From contig CACZFO010000002.1 of NCBI GenBank assembly GCA_902780455.1, forward strand, positions 23,493-87,492: a DNA stretch of 64,000 bases. The letters are read 5' to 3'. The DNA is from an uncultured Bacteroidia bacterium. GTDB taxonomy: Bacteria; Bacteroidota; Bacteroidia; Bacteroidales; UBA932. A program made the position numbers and the translations under genes. Of this stretch, positions 36,692 to 47,343 are shown piece after piece. Below the pieces are notes generated by a model. It ran no database searches. It saw only the letters and a program-made list of their open reading frames with translations, and was not told the DNA's origin. How positions within the stretch are numbered: the first letter of the stretch is position 1; each line of letters starts with the position of its first letter.

Positions 36692-38557
36692 ATGGAATTC
36701 AGGCTTTTAGACAAGATAGAGTCTCCAGCCGACATCAAAAGCCTTAATGTGAGGCAATTGGAAACTCTATGCGAAGAGATAAGAGAATACATGATTGAAT
36801 GCTGCGCAAGCAACCCAGGGCACCTGGGAGCATCTCTTGGCAGCGTTGAACTGGCGGTAGCCCTTCATTATGTGCTGAATACGCCGGAAGACAAGATTGT
36901 ATGGGACGTAGGTCATCAGGCCTATGCCCACAAGATCATAACGGGCAGGAGGGAGGAATTCAAATCCAACCGCAAGAAAGGCGGACTTTCCGGATTCCCT
37001 AAGATGAGTGAAAGCCCCTACGATTCATTCGGTGCCGGACATGCATCCACTTCCGTTTCTGCCGCCCTCGGGCTTGCTACCGCTGCAAGGCTCCAGGGCA
37101 AGGACACCAAGGTTGTAGCAGTCCTGGGAGACGGAGCGTTCTCAGGCGGCATGGCCTACGAGGGCATCAACAACGCCGGAGCGTCAGGAACAGACCTTCT
37201 GGTCATCCTCAACGACAACCAGATAGCCATAGACGAGAACGTAGGCGCCATGCACAACTATCTGCTGAGGATGAGCACGTCCAAGACCTACAACAGCATG
37301 AAGAACAGGATCTGGGGATTCCTGGGCAACGGATGGCTAAGGCGCAGCATCCAGAAGGTTGTCCTGAGTACCAAGAACTATTTCTTCAAGCACTCTACCA
37401 TCTTCTCAGGCTTGGGATTCAGATACTTTGGCATCATAGACGGAAACAACGTAGAGGACCTTGTCAATACGATAGGCAAGATAAAGAACCTCAAGGGCCC
37501 GAAACTTCTGCATGTACGTACCGTTAAAGGCAAGGGCTACAAGCCGGCAGAAGAGAATCAGAGCATCTGGCACGCGCCCGGAAAGTTTGACATAGAAACC
37601 GGTGAAAGGATCCGTTCGGAGGGCTCGCCGCTCAAATACCAGAACATCTTCGGCCGGACTGTCGTGCGCCTTGCCGAAAAAGACGAGAGGATAGTGGGCA
37701 TCACCCCGGCCATGCTCAGCGGGGGTCAGCTCAGCGACATGATGAAGGCCTTTCCGGAAAGGACCTTTGACGTGGGCATCGCTGAGGAACATGCAGTTAC
37801 CTTCTCTGCCGGGCTGGCGGCAAACGGCATGATACCTTTCTGCAACATCTATTCATCTTTCCTGCAAAGGGGATTTGACCAGATAATCCACGACGTTGCC
37901 CTTCAGGACCTTAAAGTGATATTCACCATAGACAGGGCAGGACTCGTAGGAGAAGACGGAGCCACGCACCAGGGAGCCTTTGACCTTGCCTATCTGAGGT
38001 TCATCCCCAACATGACGGAGATGGCCCCTATCAATGAAATCGAGATGCAGGACATGATCTATTCGGCCGCTTCCGACCAATACACCGGTCCTATATCTAT
38101 AAGGTATCCGAGAGGAAACTGCCTTGGGCTTGAACTCCCGCAGGAATTCCACATGATAGAAAAAGGAAAGGCCCGCAGGCTTACACAGGGAACGGAAATA
38201 GCCATACTTTCCATAGGTACCATCGGAAACCAGGTCATCAAGGCGCTTGAAATGCTCGGCGATGATGCGTCAAGAGTGTCGCACTATGACATGAGATTCC
38301 TCAGGCCGCTGGATACCAAGGCGGTAGAAGAGGCCGCCAACAACCACAAGGTCATCATAACCGTTGAGGACGGATGTGTTATAGGAGGTCTGTACAGCGC
38401 TGTATGCGAGTATCTTGCAGACAAGGGTGCCATGTGTACCGTAACCGGTCTGGGAATTCCTGACAAGTTCATAGAACAGGGTACGGTTGCCCAACAGTTG
38501 CAGGAGTGCGGAATCGATTCTGAGGGCATCTGCAAGGCTATAAGATACTTTTTTTAA
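36692..38557 (+). CDS. dxs: 1-deoxy-D-xylulose-5-phosphate synthase
   Basis: 621 aa with the TPP motif GDGAFSGGMAYEGINNAG and a transketolase-like architecture. Confidence 0.95.
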   Translation: MEFRLLDKIESPADIKSLNVRQLETLCEEIREYMIECCASNPGHLGASLGSVELAVALHYVLNTPEDKIVWDVGHQAYAHKIITGRREEFKSNRKKGGLSGFPKMSESPYDSFGAGHASTSVSAALGLATAARLQGKDTKVVAVLGDGAFSGGMAYEGINNAGASGTDLLVILNDNQIAIDENVGAMHNYLLRMSTSKTYNSMKNRIWGFLGNGWLRRSIQKVVLSTKNYFFKHSTIFSGLGFRYFGIIDGNNVEDLVNTIGKIKNLKGPKLLHVRTVKGKGYKPAEENQSIWHAPGKFDIETGERIRSEGSPLKYQNIFGRTVVRLAEKDERIVGITPAMLSGGQLSDMMKAFPERTFDVGIAEEHAVTFSAGLAANGMIPFCNIYSSFLQRGFDQIIHDVALQDLKVIFTIDRAGLVGEDGATHQGAFDLAYLRFIPNMTEMAPINEIEMQDMIYSAASDQYTGPISIRYPRGNCLGLELPQEFHMIEKGKARRLTQGTEIAILSIGTIGNQVIKALEMLGDDASRVSHYDMRFLRPLDTKAVEEAANNHKVIITVEDGCVIGGLYSAVCEYLADKGAMCTVTGLGIPDKFIEQGTVAQQLQECGIDSEGICKAIRYFF

Positions 38558-38574
38558 AAATTTTTGAAAAAAGT

Positions 38575-38605
38575 TTTGCTTAATAATTTAAATCTTATAC
38601 CTTTG
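38575..38605 (+). promoter_or_regulatory. Consensus Bacteroides promoter for the tRNA-tuf operon
   Basis: -33 TTTG (38575-38578) and -7 TACCTTTG (38598-38605) with a 19-nt spacer. Confidence 0.6.
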
Positions 38606-38635
38606 CAGTCCATTTTGAGAAACGCAGAATTATCT

Positions 38636-38709
38636 GCCGATGTAGCTCAGTTGGCCAGAGCAGCTGATTTGTAATCAGCTGGTCGGGGGTTCGAATCCCT
38701 CCATCGGCT
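38636..38709 (+). tRNA. thrU: tRNA-Thr (anticodon TGT)
   Basis: Manual cloverleaf: acceptor GCCGATG/CATCGGC, anticodon loop TTTGTAA, T-loop TTCGAAT. Confidence 0.9.
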
Positions 38710-38734
38710 CAGAAAAAAGACATAATTATTGGAC

Positions 38735-38817
38735 GGAGGGGTACCAAAGTGGCCAACTGGGGCAGACTGTAAATCTGCTGGCTCATGCCTTCGGAGGTTC
38801 GAATCCTTCCCCCTCCA
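38735..38817 (+). tRNA. tyrU: tRNA-Tyr (anticodon GTA), long variable arm
   Basis: Acceptor GGAGGGG/CCCCTCC, anticodon loop CTGTAAA, T-loop TTCGAAT. Confidence 0.9.
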
Positions 38818-38825
38818 CAATTATT

Positions 38826-38898
38826 GCGGAAGTAGCTCAGTTGGTAGAGCATCAGCCTTCCAAGCTGAGGGTCGCGGGTTCGAACCTCGTCTTCCGCT
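38826..38898 (+). tRNA. glyT: tRNA-Gly (anticodon TCC)
   Basis: Acceptor GCGGAAG/CTTCCGC, anticodon loop CTTCCAA. Confidence 0.9.
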
Positions 38899-38903
38899 CT
38901 AAG

Positions 38904-38975
<72 letters not shown>

Positions 38976-39024
38976 CTGCGCAATGAATTCAAAATCATTA
39001 AATTAATATATTAATTTTATCATT

Positions 39025-40218
39025 ATGGCAAAAGAGAAATTCGAAAGATCAAAACCGCATGTTAACATTGGTACGATCGGCCATGTTGACCACGGAAAGA
39101 CCACTCTGACCGCTGCTATCACTCTTACTCTTTCAAAGAGAGTTGCTGGTAACGAGGGTAAGGTAAAGTCCTTCGACCAGATTGACAACGCCCCAGAAGA
39201 GAAAGAGCGTGGTATCACCATCAACTCAGCACACGTTGAGTATGAGACTGAGAAGCGTCACTATGCACACGTTGACTGCCCGGGTCACGCTGACTACGTA
39301 AAGAACATGGTTACTGGTGCTGCCCAGATGGACGGTGCTATCCTTGTTGTAGCCGCTACCGACGGTCCTATGCCTCAGACAAGAGAGCACATTCTTCTTG
39401 CACGTCAGGTAAACGTTCCTAGAATCCTCGTTTTCCTTAACAAGGTAGACCTGGTAGACGACCCTGAAATGCTTGACCTCGTTGAAATGGAAGTAAGAGA
39501 GCTTCTCGGCTTCTACAACTTTGACGAGAACTGCCCTATCATCAGAGGTTCTGCTCTTGGAGCACTCAACGGTGATCCAAAGTGGGAAGACAAAGTCATG
39601 GAACTCATGAATGCTGTTGACGAGTACATTCCTCTTCCACTTCGTGACAACCAGAAGCCATTCCTTATGCCTATCGAGGATATCTTCTCAATTACCGGCC
39701 GTGGTACTGTTGCCACCGGTAGAATCGAGACTGGTGTCGTTCACGTAGGTGATGAGGTTCAGCTCATCGGTCTTGGTGACGAGCCTAAGAAGACCGTTGT
39801 TACAGGAGTTGAAATGTTCCGTAAACTCCTCGATGAAGGTGAGGCTGGCGATAACGTTGGACTTCTCCTCAGAGGTATCGACAAGAAAGAGCTCAAGAGA
39901 GGTATGGTTGTGGCTAAGCCAAACAGCGTAACTCCTCACAAGCAGTTCCAGGCTGAGATCTACGTTCTTAAGAAAGAAGAGGGTGGACGTCACACTCCTT
40001 TCAAGAACAACTATCGTCCTCAGTTCTTCATCCGTACACTGGATGTAACTGGAGAGATCAAGCTTCCAGAGGGACATGACATGGTTATGCCTGGTGATAA
40101 CGTTACAATCACCGTTGACCTCATCTATCCGGTAGCTATTTCCGAAGGTCTCCAGTTCGCTATCCGCGAAGGTGGTAGGACAGTAGGTGCTGGTCAGGTA
40201 ACCAAGATTCTCGACTAA
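39025..40218 (+). CDS. tuf: Elongation factor Tu
   Basis: 397 aa, [28 protein letters not shown]. Confidence 0.98.
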   Translation: MAKEKFERSKPHVNIGTIGHVDHGKTTLTAAITLTLSKRVAGNEGKVKSFDQIDNAPEEKERGITINSAHVEYETEKRHYAHVDCPGHADYVKNMVTGAAQMDGAILVVAATDGPMPQTREHILLARQVNVPRILVFLNKVDLVDDPEMLDLVEMEVRELLGFYNFDENCPIIRGSALGALNGDPKWEDKVMELMNAVDEYIPLPLRDNQKPFLMPIEDIFSITGRGTVATGRIETGVVHVGDEVQLIGLGDEPKKTVVTGVEMFRKLLDEGEAGDNVGLLLRGIDKKELKRGMVVAKPNSVTPHKQFQAEIYVLKKEEGGRHTPFKNNYRPQFFIRTLDVTGEIKLPEGHDMVMPGDNVTITVDLIYPVAISEGLQFAIREGGRTVGAGQVTKILD

Positions 40219-40250
40219 TCGGGAAATAATCAGTTTCGCTGATTAACCGC

Positions 40251-40297
40251 AAAATTCCCTGACGGCCAGAAGAAATTCAGGTCTAGGGGAATTTTTT
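40251..40297 (+). terminator. Hairpin plus T-run after tuf, abutting tRNA-Trp
   Basis: aaaattccc ... gggaatttttt, a 9-bp outer stem plus inner pairs, then a T6 run. Confidence 0.45.
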
Positions 40298-40368
40298 AGG
40301 GACATAGTTCAAGGGTAGAATAGCGGTCTCCAAAACCGTTGATGGGCGTTCGAATCGCTCTGTCCCTG
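40298..40368 (+). tRNA. trpT: tRNA-Trp (anticodon CCA)
   Basis: Acceptor AGGGACA/TGTCCCT, anticodon loop CTCCAAA, T-loop TTCGAAT. Confidence 0.9.
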
Positions 40369-40406
40369 CTCCGGAAGGAAATGTTACGATTTCCTGTCGG
40401 TTAACG

Positions 40407-40434
40407 GGAAGCCGAAAGCTTCCATTCGGCTTCC
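40407..40434 (+). terminator. Perfect 10-bp hairpin between tRNA-Trp and secE (processing or termination signal?)
   Basis: ggaagccgaa-N8-ttcggcttcc. The downstream T-run is weak. Confidence 0.3.
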
Positions 40435-40449
40435 GTAATTTTAAATTAA

Positions 40450-40644
40450 ATGAGCAAAATAGGTAACTACATCAAGGAGTCTTACAGAGAGTTGACCAAG
40501 AAAGTTTCCTGGCCAACCTGGGCGCAGCTTCAGAGCAGTGCAGCTGTAGTGATGGTGGCAACATTCATCTTTGCAGTGCTTGTATTCGTGATGGACTTTG
40601 CGTTCAAGAATCTGATGACCGGAATCTACAGTTTACTCAGATAA
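40450..40644 (+). CDS. secE: Preprotein translocase subunit SecE
   Basis: 64 aa with a single C-terminal TM segment. It occupies the conserved position before nusG. Confidence 0.9.
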   Translation: MSKIGNYIKESYRELTKKVSWPTWAQLQSSAAVVMVATFIFAVLVFVMDFAFKNLMTGIYSLLR

Positions 40645-40666
40645 AACTGTTTCAACAGACCAAGTT

Positions 40667-41233
40667 ATGAACGAGCAGAAACTTAGATGGTACATCGTAA
40701 GGGTGCAGGGCGGTAAGGAGAAGAAGGTTCAGGAATATCTCCAGAACGAAGTTCGCAGGGCCGGAAAGGAGGACATGGTTCCCCAGGTTCTGATTCCTAC
40801 CGAAAAGGTTTACCAGGTTAAGAATGGAAAGAGAGTGCTTGTCGAGAAGATATGCTACTCCCAGTACGTTTTCGTACAGGCCAATCTCACCGGTGAAATC
40901 CAGCACCTGATCTGCGATATTCCTTTCGTGTCAGGCTTCCTTACAAAGGAGTCTCCACGTTCAAAGGAAGCCAAGAGGAATCCCTACCCTCTGCCTGAGA
41001 ACGAGATCAACCAGATTCTCGGAAAGGTGGATGAGATGATAGACGTAGAGGATGAAGCTGCTCCTTCATTTGTGGTCGGAGAACCGGTAAAGGTCGTAGA
41101 CGGTCCTTTCAACGGCTTTAACGGAAACGTACTTGAAATCCTTGAGGACAAGAAGAAACTCAAGGTTGAAGTAAAGATTTTCGGAAGGCCTACAACGATG
41201 GAACTGAATTTTGTTCAAGTAATTAAAGAGTAA
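40667..41233 (+). CDS. nusG: Transcription termination/antitermination factor NusG
   Basis: 188 aa with an NGN domain (WYIVRVQGGKEKKV) and a KOW motif (GEPVKVVDGPFNGFNGNV). Confidence 0.95.
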   Translation: MNEQKLRWYIVRVQGGKEKKVQEYLQNEVRRAGKEDMVPQVLIPTEKVYQVKNGKRVLVEKICYSQYVFVQANLTGEIQHLICDIPFVSGFLTKESPRSKEAKRNPYPLPENEINQILGKVDEMIDVEDEAAPSFVVGEPVKVVDGPFNGFNGNVLEILEDKKKLKVEVKIFGRPTTMELNFVQVIKE

Positions 41234-41245
41234 AAATTTTCAATT

Positions 41246-41692
41246 ATGGCTAAAGAAATTGCCGCTTTGATCAAGTTACAAATTAAAGGCGGTGCAGCTA
41301 ATCCCTCACCTCCTGTAGGACCTGCTTTAGGTTCAAAGGGCGTGAACATCATGGACTTCTGCAAGCAATTCAATGCCCTGACCCAGAATAGAGCAGGCAA
41401 GACACTTCCTGTTATCATAACCGTTTATACAGACAAATCCTTCACTTTCGTAGTAAAGGAGCCGCCTGTTGCCGTTATGATCAAGGAAGCTGCCAAGATC
41501 CAGTCCGGTTCTTCTGAATCAAACAGAAAGAAGGTTGGAAAGCTCACTTGGGAACAGGTAAGGAAGATTGCAGAGGACAAGATGCCTGATTTGAATTGCT
41601 TTACACTGAAATCTGCCATGAGCATGGTTGCAGGTACTGCAAGAAGCATGGGTGTCAAGGTTGAGGGAGAATTCCCTGCCGACGTTAAATAA
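41246..41692 (+). CDS. rplK: 50S ribosomal protein L11
   Basis: 148 aa, [20 protein letters not shown]. Confidence 0.97.
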   Translation: MAKEIAALIKLQIKGGAANPSPPVGPALGSKGVNIMDFCKQFNALTQNRAGKTLPVIITVYTDKSFTFVVKEPPVAVMIKEAAKIQSGSSESNRKKVGKLTWEQVRKIAEDKMPDLNCFTLKSAMSMVAGTARSMGVKVEGEFPADVK

Positions 41693-41700
41693 GAAGTGCA

Positions 41701-42399
41701 ATGAGTAAGCTAACTAAAAATCAGAAAGCAGCCCAGGCCAAGGTTGAGCCGGGCAGACAGTACAAGTTGGCAGAGGCTTGCAGCTTAATCAAGGAAGCCG
41801 CCTTCACAAAGTTCGACTCTTCCGTCGACATTGCCATGCGTCTGGGTGTTGACCCTCGCAAGGCCAATCAGATGGTCAGAGGTGTCGTTACCCTTCCTAA
41901 CGGAACAGGTAAGACTGTCAGGGTACTTGTACTTTGTACTCCTGACAAGGAAAATGAAGCAAAGGGAGCCGGAGCTGACTATGTAGGTCTCGACGAGTAC
42001 ATAGAGAAGATCAAGGGCGGATGGACTGACGTTGATGTCATCGTCTGCACCCCTTCTGTTATGGGCAAGGTCGGTGTGATCGGTAGGATACTCGGTCCGA
42101 GAGGTCTGATGCCTAACCCTAAGACCGGAACCGTTACCATGGATATCGCTGGTGCGGTAAAGGAAATAAAGGCTGGTAAGATAGACTTCAAGGTAGACAA
42201 GCAGGGTATCGTATCTTCAAGCATCGGAAAGTGCTCATTCACAGCCGATCAGCTTGCACAGAACGCCACAGAATTCATCAACACTGTATTGAAGCTGAAG
42301 CCTCAGGCACTTAAGGGTACCTATGTAAAGAGCGTATTCCTGTCCTCTACCATGGGTCCTGGCGTTGAACTGGATATGAAATCCATCGGTGTTGAATAA
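41701..42399 (+). CDS. rplA: 50S ribosomal protein L1
   Basis: 232 aa. Called from context and sequence ([22 protein letters not shown]). Confidence 0.97.
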   Translation: MSKLTKNQKAAQAKVEPGRQYKLAEACSLIKEAAFTKFDSSVDIAMRLGVDPRKANQMVRGVVTLPNGTGKTVRVLVLCTPDKENEAKGAGADYVGLDEYIEKIKGGWTDVDVIVCTPSVMGKVGVIGRILGPRGLMPNPKTGTVTMDIAGAVKEIKAGKIDFKVDKQGIVSSSIGKCSFTADQLAQNATEFINTVLKLKPQALKGTYVKSVFLSSTMGPGVELDMKSIGVE

Positions 42400-42423
42400 T
42401 CCTAAAGATGAGGAGGTAAAGAA

Positions 42424-42951
42424 ATGAGGAAAGAAATGAAAGCACAGATCATTGAGGATCTGACCGCCCGCATCAAGGAGAACCCTAATTTCTATGTTAC
42501 TGACATAGAAGGGCTCAACGCAGAGGCTACTGCAAAGCTCAGACGCAGCTGTTTCAAGCAGAACATCAAGATGCTGGTAGTAAAGAACACCTTGTTTGCA
42601 AAAGCATTGGAGAACAGCGGTGTCCAGGATTGCCAGGCATTTGACGGAGTACTGAAAGGTTCTTCTGCAATTATGTTCACTACCACTCCTAACGGTCCTG
42701 CAAAGCTTATAAAGTCTTTCAGTGCCGCTGAAGGTAAAGGCAAGCCTGAGCTTAAGGCTGCTTATGTTCAGGAGTGTCCTTACATAGGTGCTGAAAACCT
42801 GGATGCACTTTGCAACATCAAGTCTAGAGAGGAACTCATCGCAGACATCGTTGCATTGCTGCAGTCACCTGTCAAGAACGTTATCTCTGCTCTTCAGAGC
42901 CAGGGTGGCGGAAAACTTGCAGGCATCGTAAAAACATTATCGGAGAAATAA
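42424..42951 (+). CDS. rplJ: 50S ribosomal protein L10
   Basis: 175 aa. Called from its position between rplA and rplL. Confidence 0.93.
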   Translation: MRKEMKAQIIEDLTARIKENPNFYVTDIEGLNAEATAKLRRSCFKQNIKMLVVKNTLFAKALENSGVQDCQAFDGVLKGSSAIMFTTTPNGPAKLIKSFSAAEGKGKPELKAAYVQECPYIGAENLDALCNIKSREELIADIVALLQSPVKNVISALQSQGGGKLAGIVKTLSEK

Positions 42952-42978
42952 TTATTAACACATAAAAAATCAAAAACT

Positions 42979-43350
42979 ATGGCAGATATTAAGAAATTTG
43001 CAGAAGAGCTGGTTAACCTGACAGTAAAGGACGTTCAGGAATTAGCTAAGGTTCTCAAGGAAGAGTATGGTATCGAGCCAGCTGCCGCTGCTGTTGCAGT
43101 TGCTGCTGCCGGTCCTGCTGCCGCTGCTGCTGAGGAAAAGACTGAATTCGACGTTATCCTCAAGTCAGCCGGCGCTCAGAAGCTTCAGGTTGTAAAGGCA
43201 GTGAAGGAATTCACAGGTCTTGGACTGAAGGAAGCTAAGGATCTCGTTGACGGTGCTCCTAAGGCTGTTAAGGAGAAGGTATCCAAGGCTGACGCTGAGA
43301 CTTTAAAGGCAAAACTTGAAGAGGTTGGAGCAGAGGTTGAGATTAAATAA
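42979..43350 (+). CDS. rplL: 50S ribosomal protein L7/L12
   Basis: 123 aa with an Ala-rich hinge and the C-terminal [13 protein letters not shown]. Confidence 0.97.
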   Translation: MADIKKFAEELVNLTVKDVQELAKVLKEEYGIEPAAAAVAVAAAGPAAAAAEEKTEFDVILKSAGAQKLQVVKAVKEFTGLGLKEAKDLVDGAPKAVKEKVSKADAETLKAKLEEVGAEVEIK

Positions 43351-43389
43351 GTTTGGTCTCTACTTCTCCCTGCCTGTCAGGACGTAGTC

Positions 43390-43421
43390 AGGTTTAGGGC
43401 TAAAATGCCCTAAACCTTTTT
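43390..43421 (+). terminator. Hairpin plus T-run in the rplL-rpoB spacer (attenuator position)
   Basis: 11-bp stem aggtttagggc/gccctaaacct, a 6-nt loop, then tttt. Confidence 0.65.
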
Positions 43422-43460
43422 GTCGTTTTTTTAAGTTTATATTCAACTAATTTCGTCCAA

Positions 43461-46400
43461 ATGCCTCAAAACACTAATAATCAGCGAATTTCGTTCGCAA
43501 CGTCAAAGACGCTACTAGACTATCCTGATTTTCTCGAGGTACAGCTGAAGTCGTTCAGGGAGTTCTTCCAACTGGGCACTACAGCAGAAAACAGAAAGAA
43601 TGAGGGCCTCTACAAGGTCTTCCAGGAAGCGTTTTCACAAAATTCGGAGCCATCAGGTATCAGGGACACCCGCAATAACTTCGTTCTGGAGTTCATAGAC
43701 TACACTATCGATCCTCCTATCTACACGGAGGACGAGTGCATGGACAGGGGTCTTACCTACTGCGTTCCAATGAAGGCAAAGCTAAAGCTCTCATGCACCG
43801 ATCCTGAGCATGAGGATTTTGAGCAGGTGGTCCAGGATGTATTCCTCGGAAACATCCCATACATGACACCTAGGGGTACCTTCATCATCAACGGTTCTGA
43901 GAGAATCGTGGTTTCCCAGCTGCACCGCTCTCCTGGCGTATTCTTCGGCCAGAGCATGCACCAGAACGGAACCAAGTTGTATTCAGCCAGAATCATTCCT
44001 TTCAAGGGATCTTGGATAGAGTTTACGACCGATATCAACAAAGTGATGTTCGCTTACATAGACAGGAAGAAGAAACTGCCTGTAACCACTTTGCTCAGGG
44101 CTATCGGTTTTGAATCAGACAAAGACATACTCAACATCTTCGGACTGGCCCAGGAGGTAAGGGCAGAAAGAAGTGAGCTTGAGAAACATATAGGCCAGAA
44201 GTTTGCGGCCAGGGTACTCAAGAAATGGTATCAGGACTTCATCGACGAGGAAACAGGAGAGGTTACCTACCTCGAAAGGAACATCGTCAGCATAGACAGA
44301 GGAACAGTCCTGACGGAAGAGGTGATCGACAAGGTTCTGGATTCCGGTGTGGATTACATCCAGCTTCATAACGAGGATGCGGTCTCAGCCGAATTCGACA
44401 TCATCTACAACACCCTCCAGAAGGATACCTGCAACACCCAGAAAGATGCCATCTTCTACACCTACAGGCAGCTCCGCAACTCCGAACCGCCTGATGAGGC
44501 AACTGCAAAAGACGTAATTGAGAAACTCTTCTTCTCCGACAAGAGGTACGACCTCGGAACAGTTGGAAGGTACAGACTCAACAAGAAGCTGAACCTCAAC
44601 ACTTCAGAAGAAGTCAGAGTTCTTACCAAGCAGGATATCATCGAGATTATCCGCTACCTCATCCAGCTGATCAACTCAAAGGCTACCGTAGACGATATAG
44701 ACCACCTGAGCAACAGAAGGATCCGTACCGTCGGCGAGCAGCTTTCAAACCAGTTCAGCGTGGGTCTTGCCAGAATGGCCAGGACAATCAGGGAAAAGAT
44801 GAACGTAAGGGACAACGAAGTGTTCACCCCTTCAGACCTGATCAACTCCAAGACACTGTCATCAGTGATCAACTCGTTCTTCGGAACCAGCCAGCTGTCG
44901 CAGTTCATGGACCAGACAAACCCTCTTGCCGAGATGACTCACAAGAGGAGGCTTTCAGCCCTCGGTCCTGGAGGTCTTAGCCGCGACAGGGCCGGATTCG
45001 AGGTTCGTGACGTTCACTACACACATTACGGACGTCTCTGCCCTATCGAGACTCCTGAAGGACCTAACATCGGTCTGATTTCTTCACTTTGCGTCTATGC
45101 AAGGATCAACAACCTCGGATTCATCGAGACCCCTTACCGCAAGGTAAATAACGGCGTGGTGGACCTTTCAAACGAGGGATTCGTTTACATGAGCGCAGAA
45201 GAGGAAGAAAACCAGATGGTTGCACAGGCAAACGTCAACCTCGACGACAAGGGCAACATCCTTGACGAGAGAATCAAATGCCGTTGGCAGGCAGACTATC
45301 CGGTTGTAAGCAAGGACGAGGTTCACCTCATAGACGTCGCTCCTAACCAGATAGCTTCCATAGCAGCTTCACTGATTCCTTTCCTGGAGCATGACGACGC
45401 CAACCGTGCCTTGATGGGATCCAACATGATGCGTCAGGCAATTCCTATCATCAACCCTGAGGCCCCTATCGTGGGAACAGGCCTGGAAGGTCCTGTAATG
45501 AGGGATTCCAGAACCCAGATATCTGCTGAGGGAGATGGTGAGGTTGTATTCGTTGACGCTACCCAGATACAGATCAAATACGACAAGACCGAGGAAGAGA
45601 AGTTCATCAGCTTCACTCCAGAAGTAACTACTTACAAGCTTCCTATGTACAGGAAGACCAACCAGAGCACTTCAGTTCGCCTGAAACCTATCGTAAGGAA
45701 GGGAGACAGGGTGACCAAGGGCCAAATCCTTACAGAAGGCTACGCTTCCCAGAACGGAGAGCTTGCACTTGGAAGGAACCTGAAGGTTGCATTCATGCCT
45801 TGGAAGGGTTACAACTACGAGGACGCTGTCGTTCTCAGCGAGAGGATCGTAAGGGAGGACATTCTCACCTCAGTTCACGTAGACGAATATCTCCTTGAGG
45901 TCAGGGATACAAAGAGAGGACCGGAGGAACTTACAAAGGACATCCCTAACGTAAGCGACGACGCCACAAAGAACCTGGACGAGAACGGTATCATCCGTAT
46001 CGGCGCAACAGTCCAGCCTGGCGATATCCTCATCGGAAAGATCACCCCTAAGGGAGAGACCGATCCTTCTCCGGAGGAGAAACTCCTCAGGGCCATCTTC
46101 GGCGACAAGGCCGGCGATGTAAAGGACGCTTCCCTCAAGGCTTCAGCATCTCTTACCGGTACAGTCATCGGCAAGAACCTCTACTGCAAGCCTGGCCAGG
46201 GCAAGATGACCGACAAGGAAAAGAAGAACTTCAAGGCCAAGATGAAGGAGGAGACCGAGAAGGCAAAGCAGGAGTACAACAAGAAGTATTCAGAGCTCAA
46301 GAACCTGTTCATCGAGAAGATGATGACCCTTCTTGGCAAGAAGACTTCCCAGGGTGTTACAGACATCTTCGGAACTGCAGTCATTGCCAAGGGCAGCACC

Positions 46401-47318
46401 TTCAAGAAGGAAGTTCTCGAGAGCATAGATTCCTTCGAGTACATCAATCCTTCAAAGTGGACCACAGACAAGCATACCAACGAGCTGGTAAGCATGTTGA
46501 TTCACAACTATCTTACTGAAGTCAAAGACATTACAGCCAAGTACAAGAGGAAGGAATTTGACATCCAGCAGGGTATCGACCTCCCTAACGGCGTAATGCA
46601 GGTTGCCAAGGTCTATATAGCAAAGAAGAGAAAGATCATGGTCGGCGACAAGGTTGCCGGACGTCATGGAAACAAGGGTATCGTAGCCAAGATAGTAAGC
46701 GACGAAGACATGCCGTTCATGGAAGACGGAACCATCATGGATATCGTCCTGAACCCTCTGGGCGTGCCTTCACGTATGAACCTCGGACAGATTTACGAGA
46801 CCGTGCTCGGATGGGCAGGAAAGGAACTTGGTCTCAAGTTCGCCACCCCTATCTTTGACGGTGCTTCACTGGAAGACATCTGCGAATACACAGATAAGGC
46901 AGGTCTGCCGAGATACGGTGAAACCAGACTCCGCGACGGAGGAACAGGCGAACTGTTCGACCAGCCGGCTACGGTGGGCGTCATCTACATGATCAAACTC
47001 GACCACATGGTTGAGGATAAGATGCACGCACGTTCAACCGGTCCTTACTCTCTGATTACCCAGCAGCCTCTCGGCGGTAAGGCCCAGCTCGGAGGACAGA
47101 GGTTCGGAGAAATGGAGGTTTGGGCACTGGAAGCATTCGGTGCAGCAAATATTCTCCAGGAAATCCTTACCATCAAGTCTGACGACATTACCGGAAGAAG
47201 CCGTGCCTATGAGGCTATAGTAAAGGGCGAACCGATGCCTGCACCAAATATTCCGGAATCCCTGAACGTGCTGCTGCACGAGCTCAGAGGACTCGGACTC
47301 AGCGTTCACTTGGACTAA
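43461..47318 (+). CDS. rpoB: DNA-directed RNA polymerase subunit beta
   Basis: 1285 aa with conserved blocks such as [18 protein letters not shown] and [12 protein letters not shown]. Confidence 0.98.
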   Translation: MPQNTNNQRISFATSKTLLDYPDFLEVQLKSFREFFQLGTTAENRKNEGLYKVFQEAFSQNSEPSGIRDTRNNFVLEFIDYTIDPPIYTEDECMDRGLTYCVPMKAKLKLSCTDPEHEDFEQVVQDVFLGNIPYMTPRGTFIINGSERIVVSQLHRSPGVFFGQSMHQNGTKLYSARIIPFKGSWIEFTTDINKVMFAYIDRKKKLPVTTLLRAIGFESDKDILNIFGLAQEVRAERSELEKHIGQKFAARVLKKWYQDFIDEETGEVTYLERNIVSIDRGTVLTEEVIDKVLDSGVDYIQLHNEDAVSAEFDIIYNTLQKDTCNTQKDAIFYTYRQLRNSEPPDEATAKDVIEKLFFSDKRYDLGTVGRYRLNKKLNLNTSEEVRVLTKQDIIEIIRYLIQLINSKATVDDIDHLSNRRIRTVGEQLSNQFSVGLARMARTIREKMNVRDNEVFTPSDLINSKTLSSVINSFFGTSQLSQFMDQTNPLAEMTHKRRLSALGPGGLSRDRAGFEVRDVHYTHYGRLCPIETPEGPNIGLISSLCVYARINNLGFIETPYRKVNNGVVDLSNEGFVYMSAEEEENQMVAQANVNLDDKGNILDERIKCRWQADYPVVSKDEVHLIDVAPNQIASIAASLIPFLEHDDANRALMGSNMMRQAIPIINPEAPIVGTGLEGPVMRDSRTQISAEGDGEVVFVDATQIQIKYDKTEEEKFISFTPEVTTYKLPMYRKTNQSTSVRLKPIVRKGDRVTKGQILTEGYASQNGELALGRNLKVAFMPWKGYNYEDAVVLSERIVREDILTSVHVDEYLLEVRDTKRGPEELTKDIPNVSDDATKNLDENGIIRIGATVQPGDILIGKITPKGETDPSPEEKLLRAIFGDKAGDVKDASLKASASLTGTVIGKNLYCKPGQGKMTDKEKKNFKAKMKEETEKAKQEYNKKYSELKNLFIEKMMTLLGKKTSQGVTDIFGTAVIAKGSTFKKEVLESIDSFEYINPSKWTTDKHTNELVSMLIHNYLTEVKDITAKYKRKEFDIQQGIDLPNGVMQVAKVYIAKKRKIMVGDKVAGRHGNKGIVAKIVSDEDMPFMEDGTIMDIVLNPLGVPSRMNLGQIYETVLGWAGKELGLKFATPIFDGASLEDICEYTDKAGLPRYGETRLRDGGTGELFDQPATVGVIYMIKLDHMVEDKMHARSTGPYSLITQQPLGGKAQLGGQRFGEMEVWALEAFGAANILQEILTIKSDDITGRSRAYEAIVKGEPMPAPNIPESLNVLLHELRGLGLSVHLD

Positions 47319-47343
47319 TTGACAACTAAGAAATCATAACAAT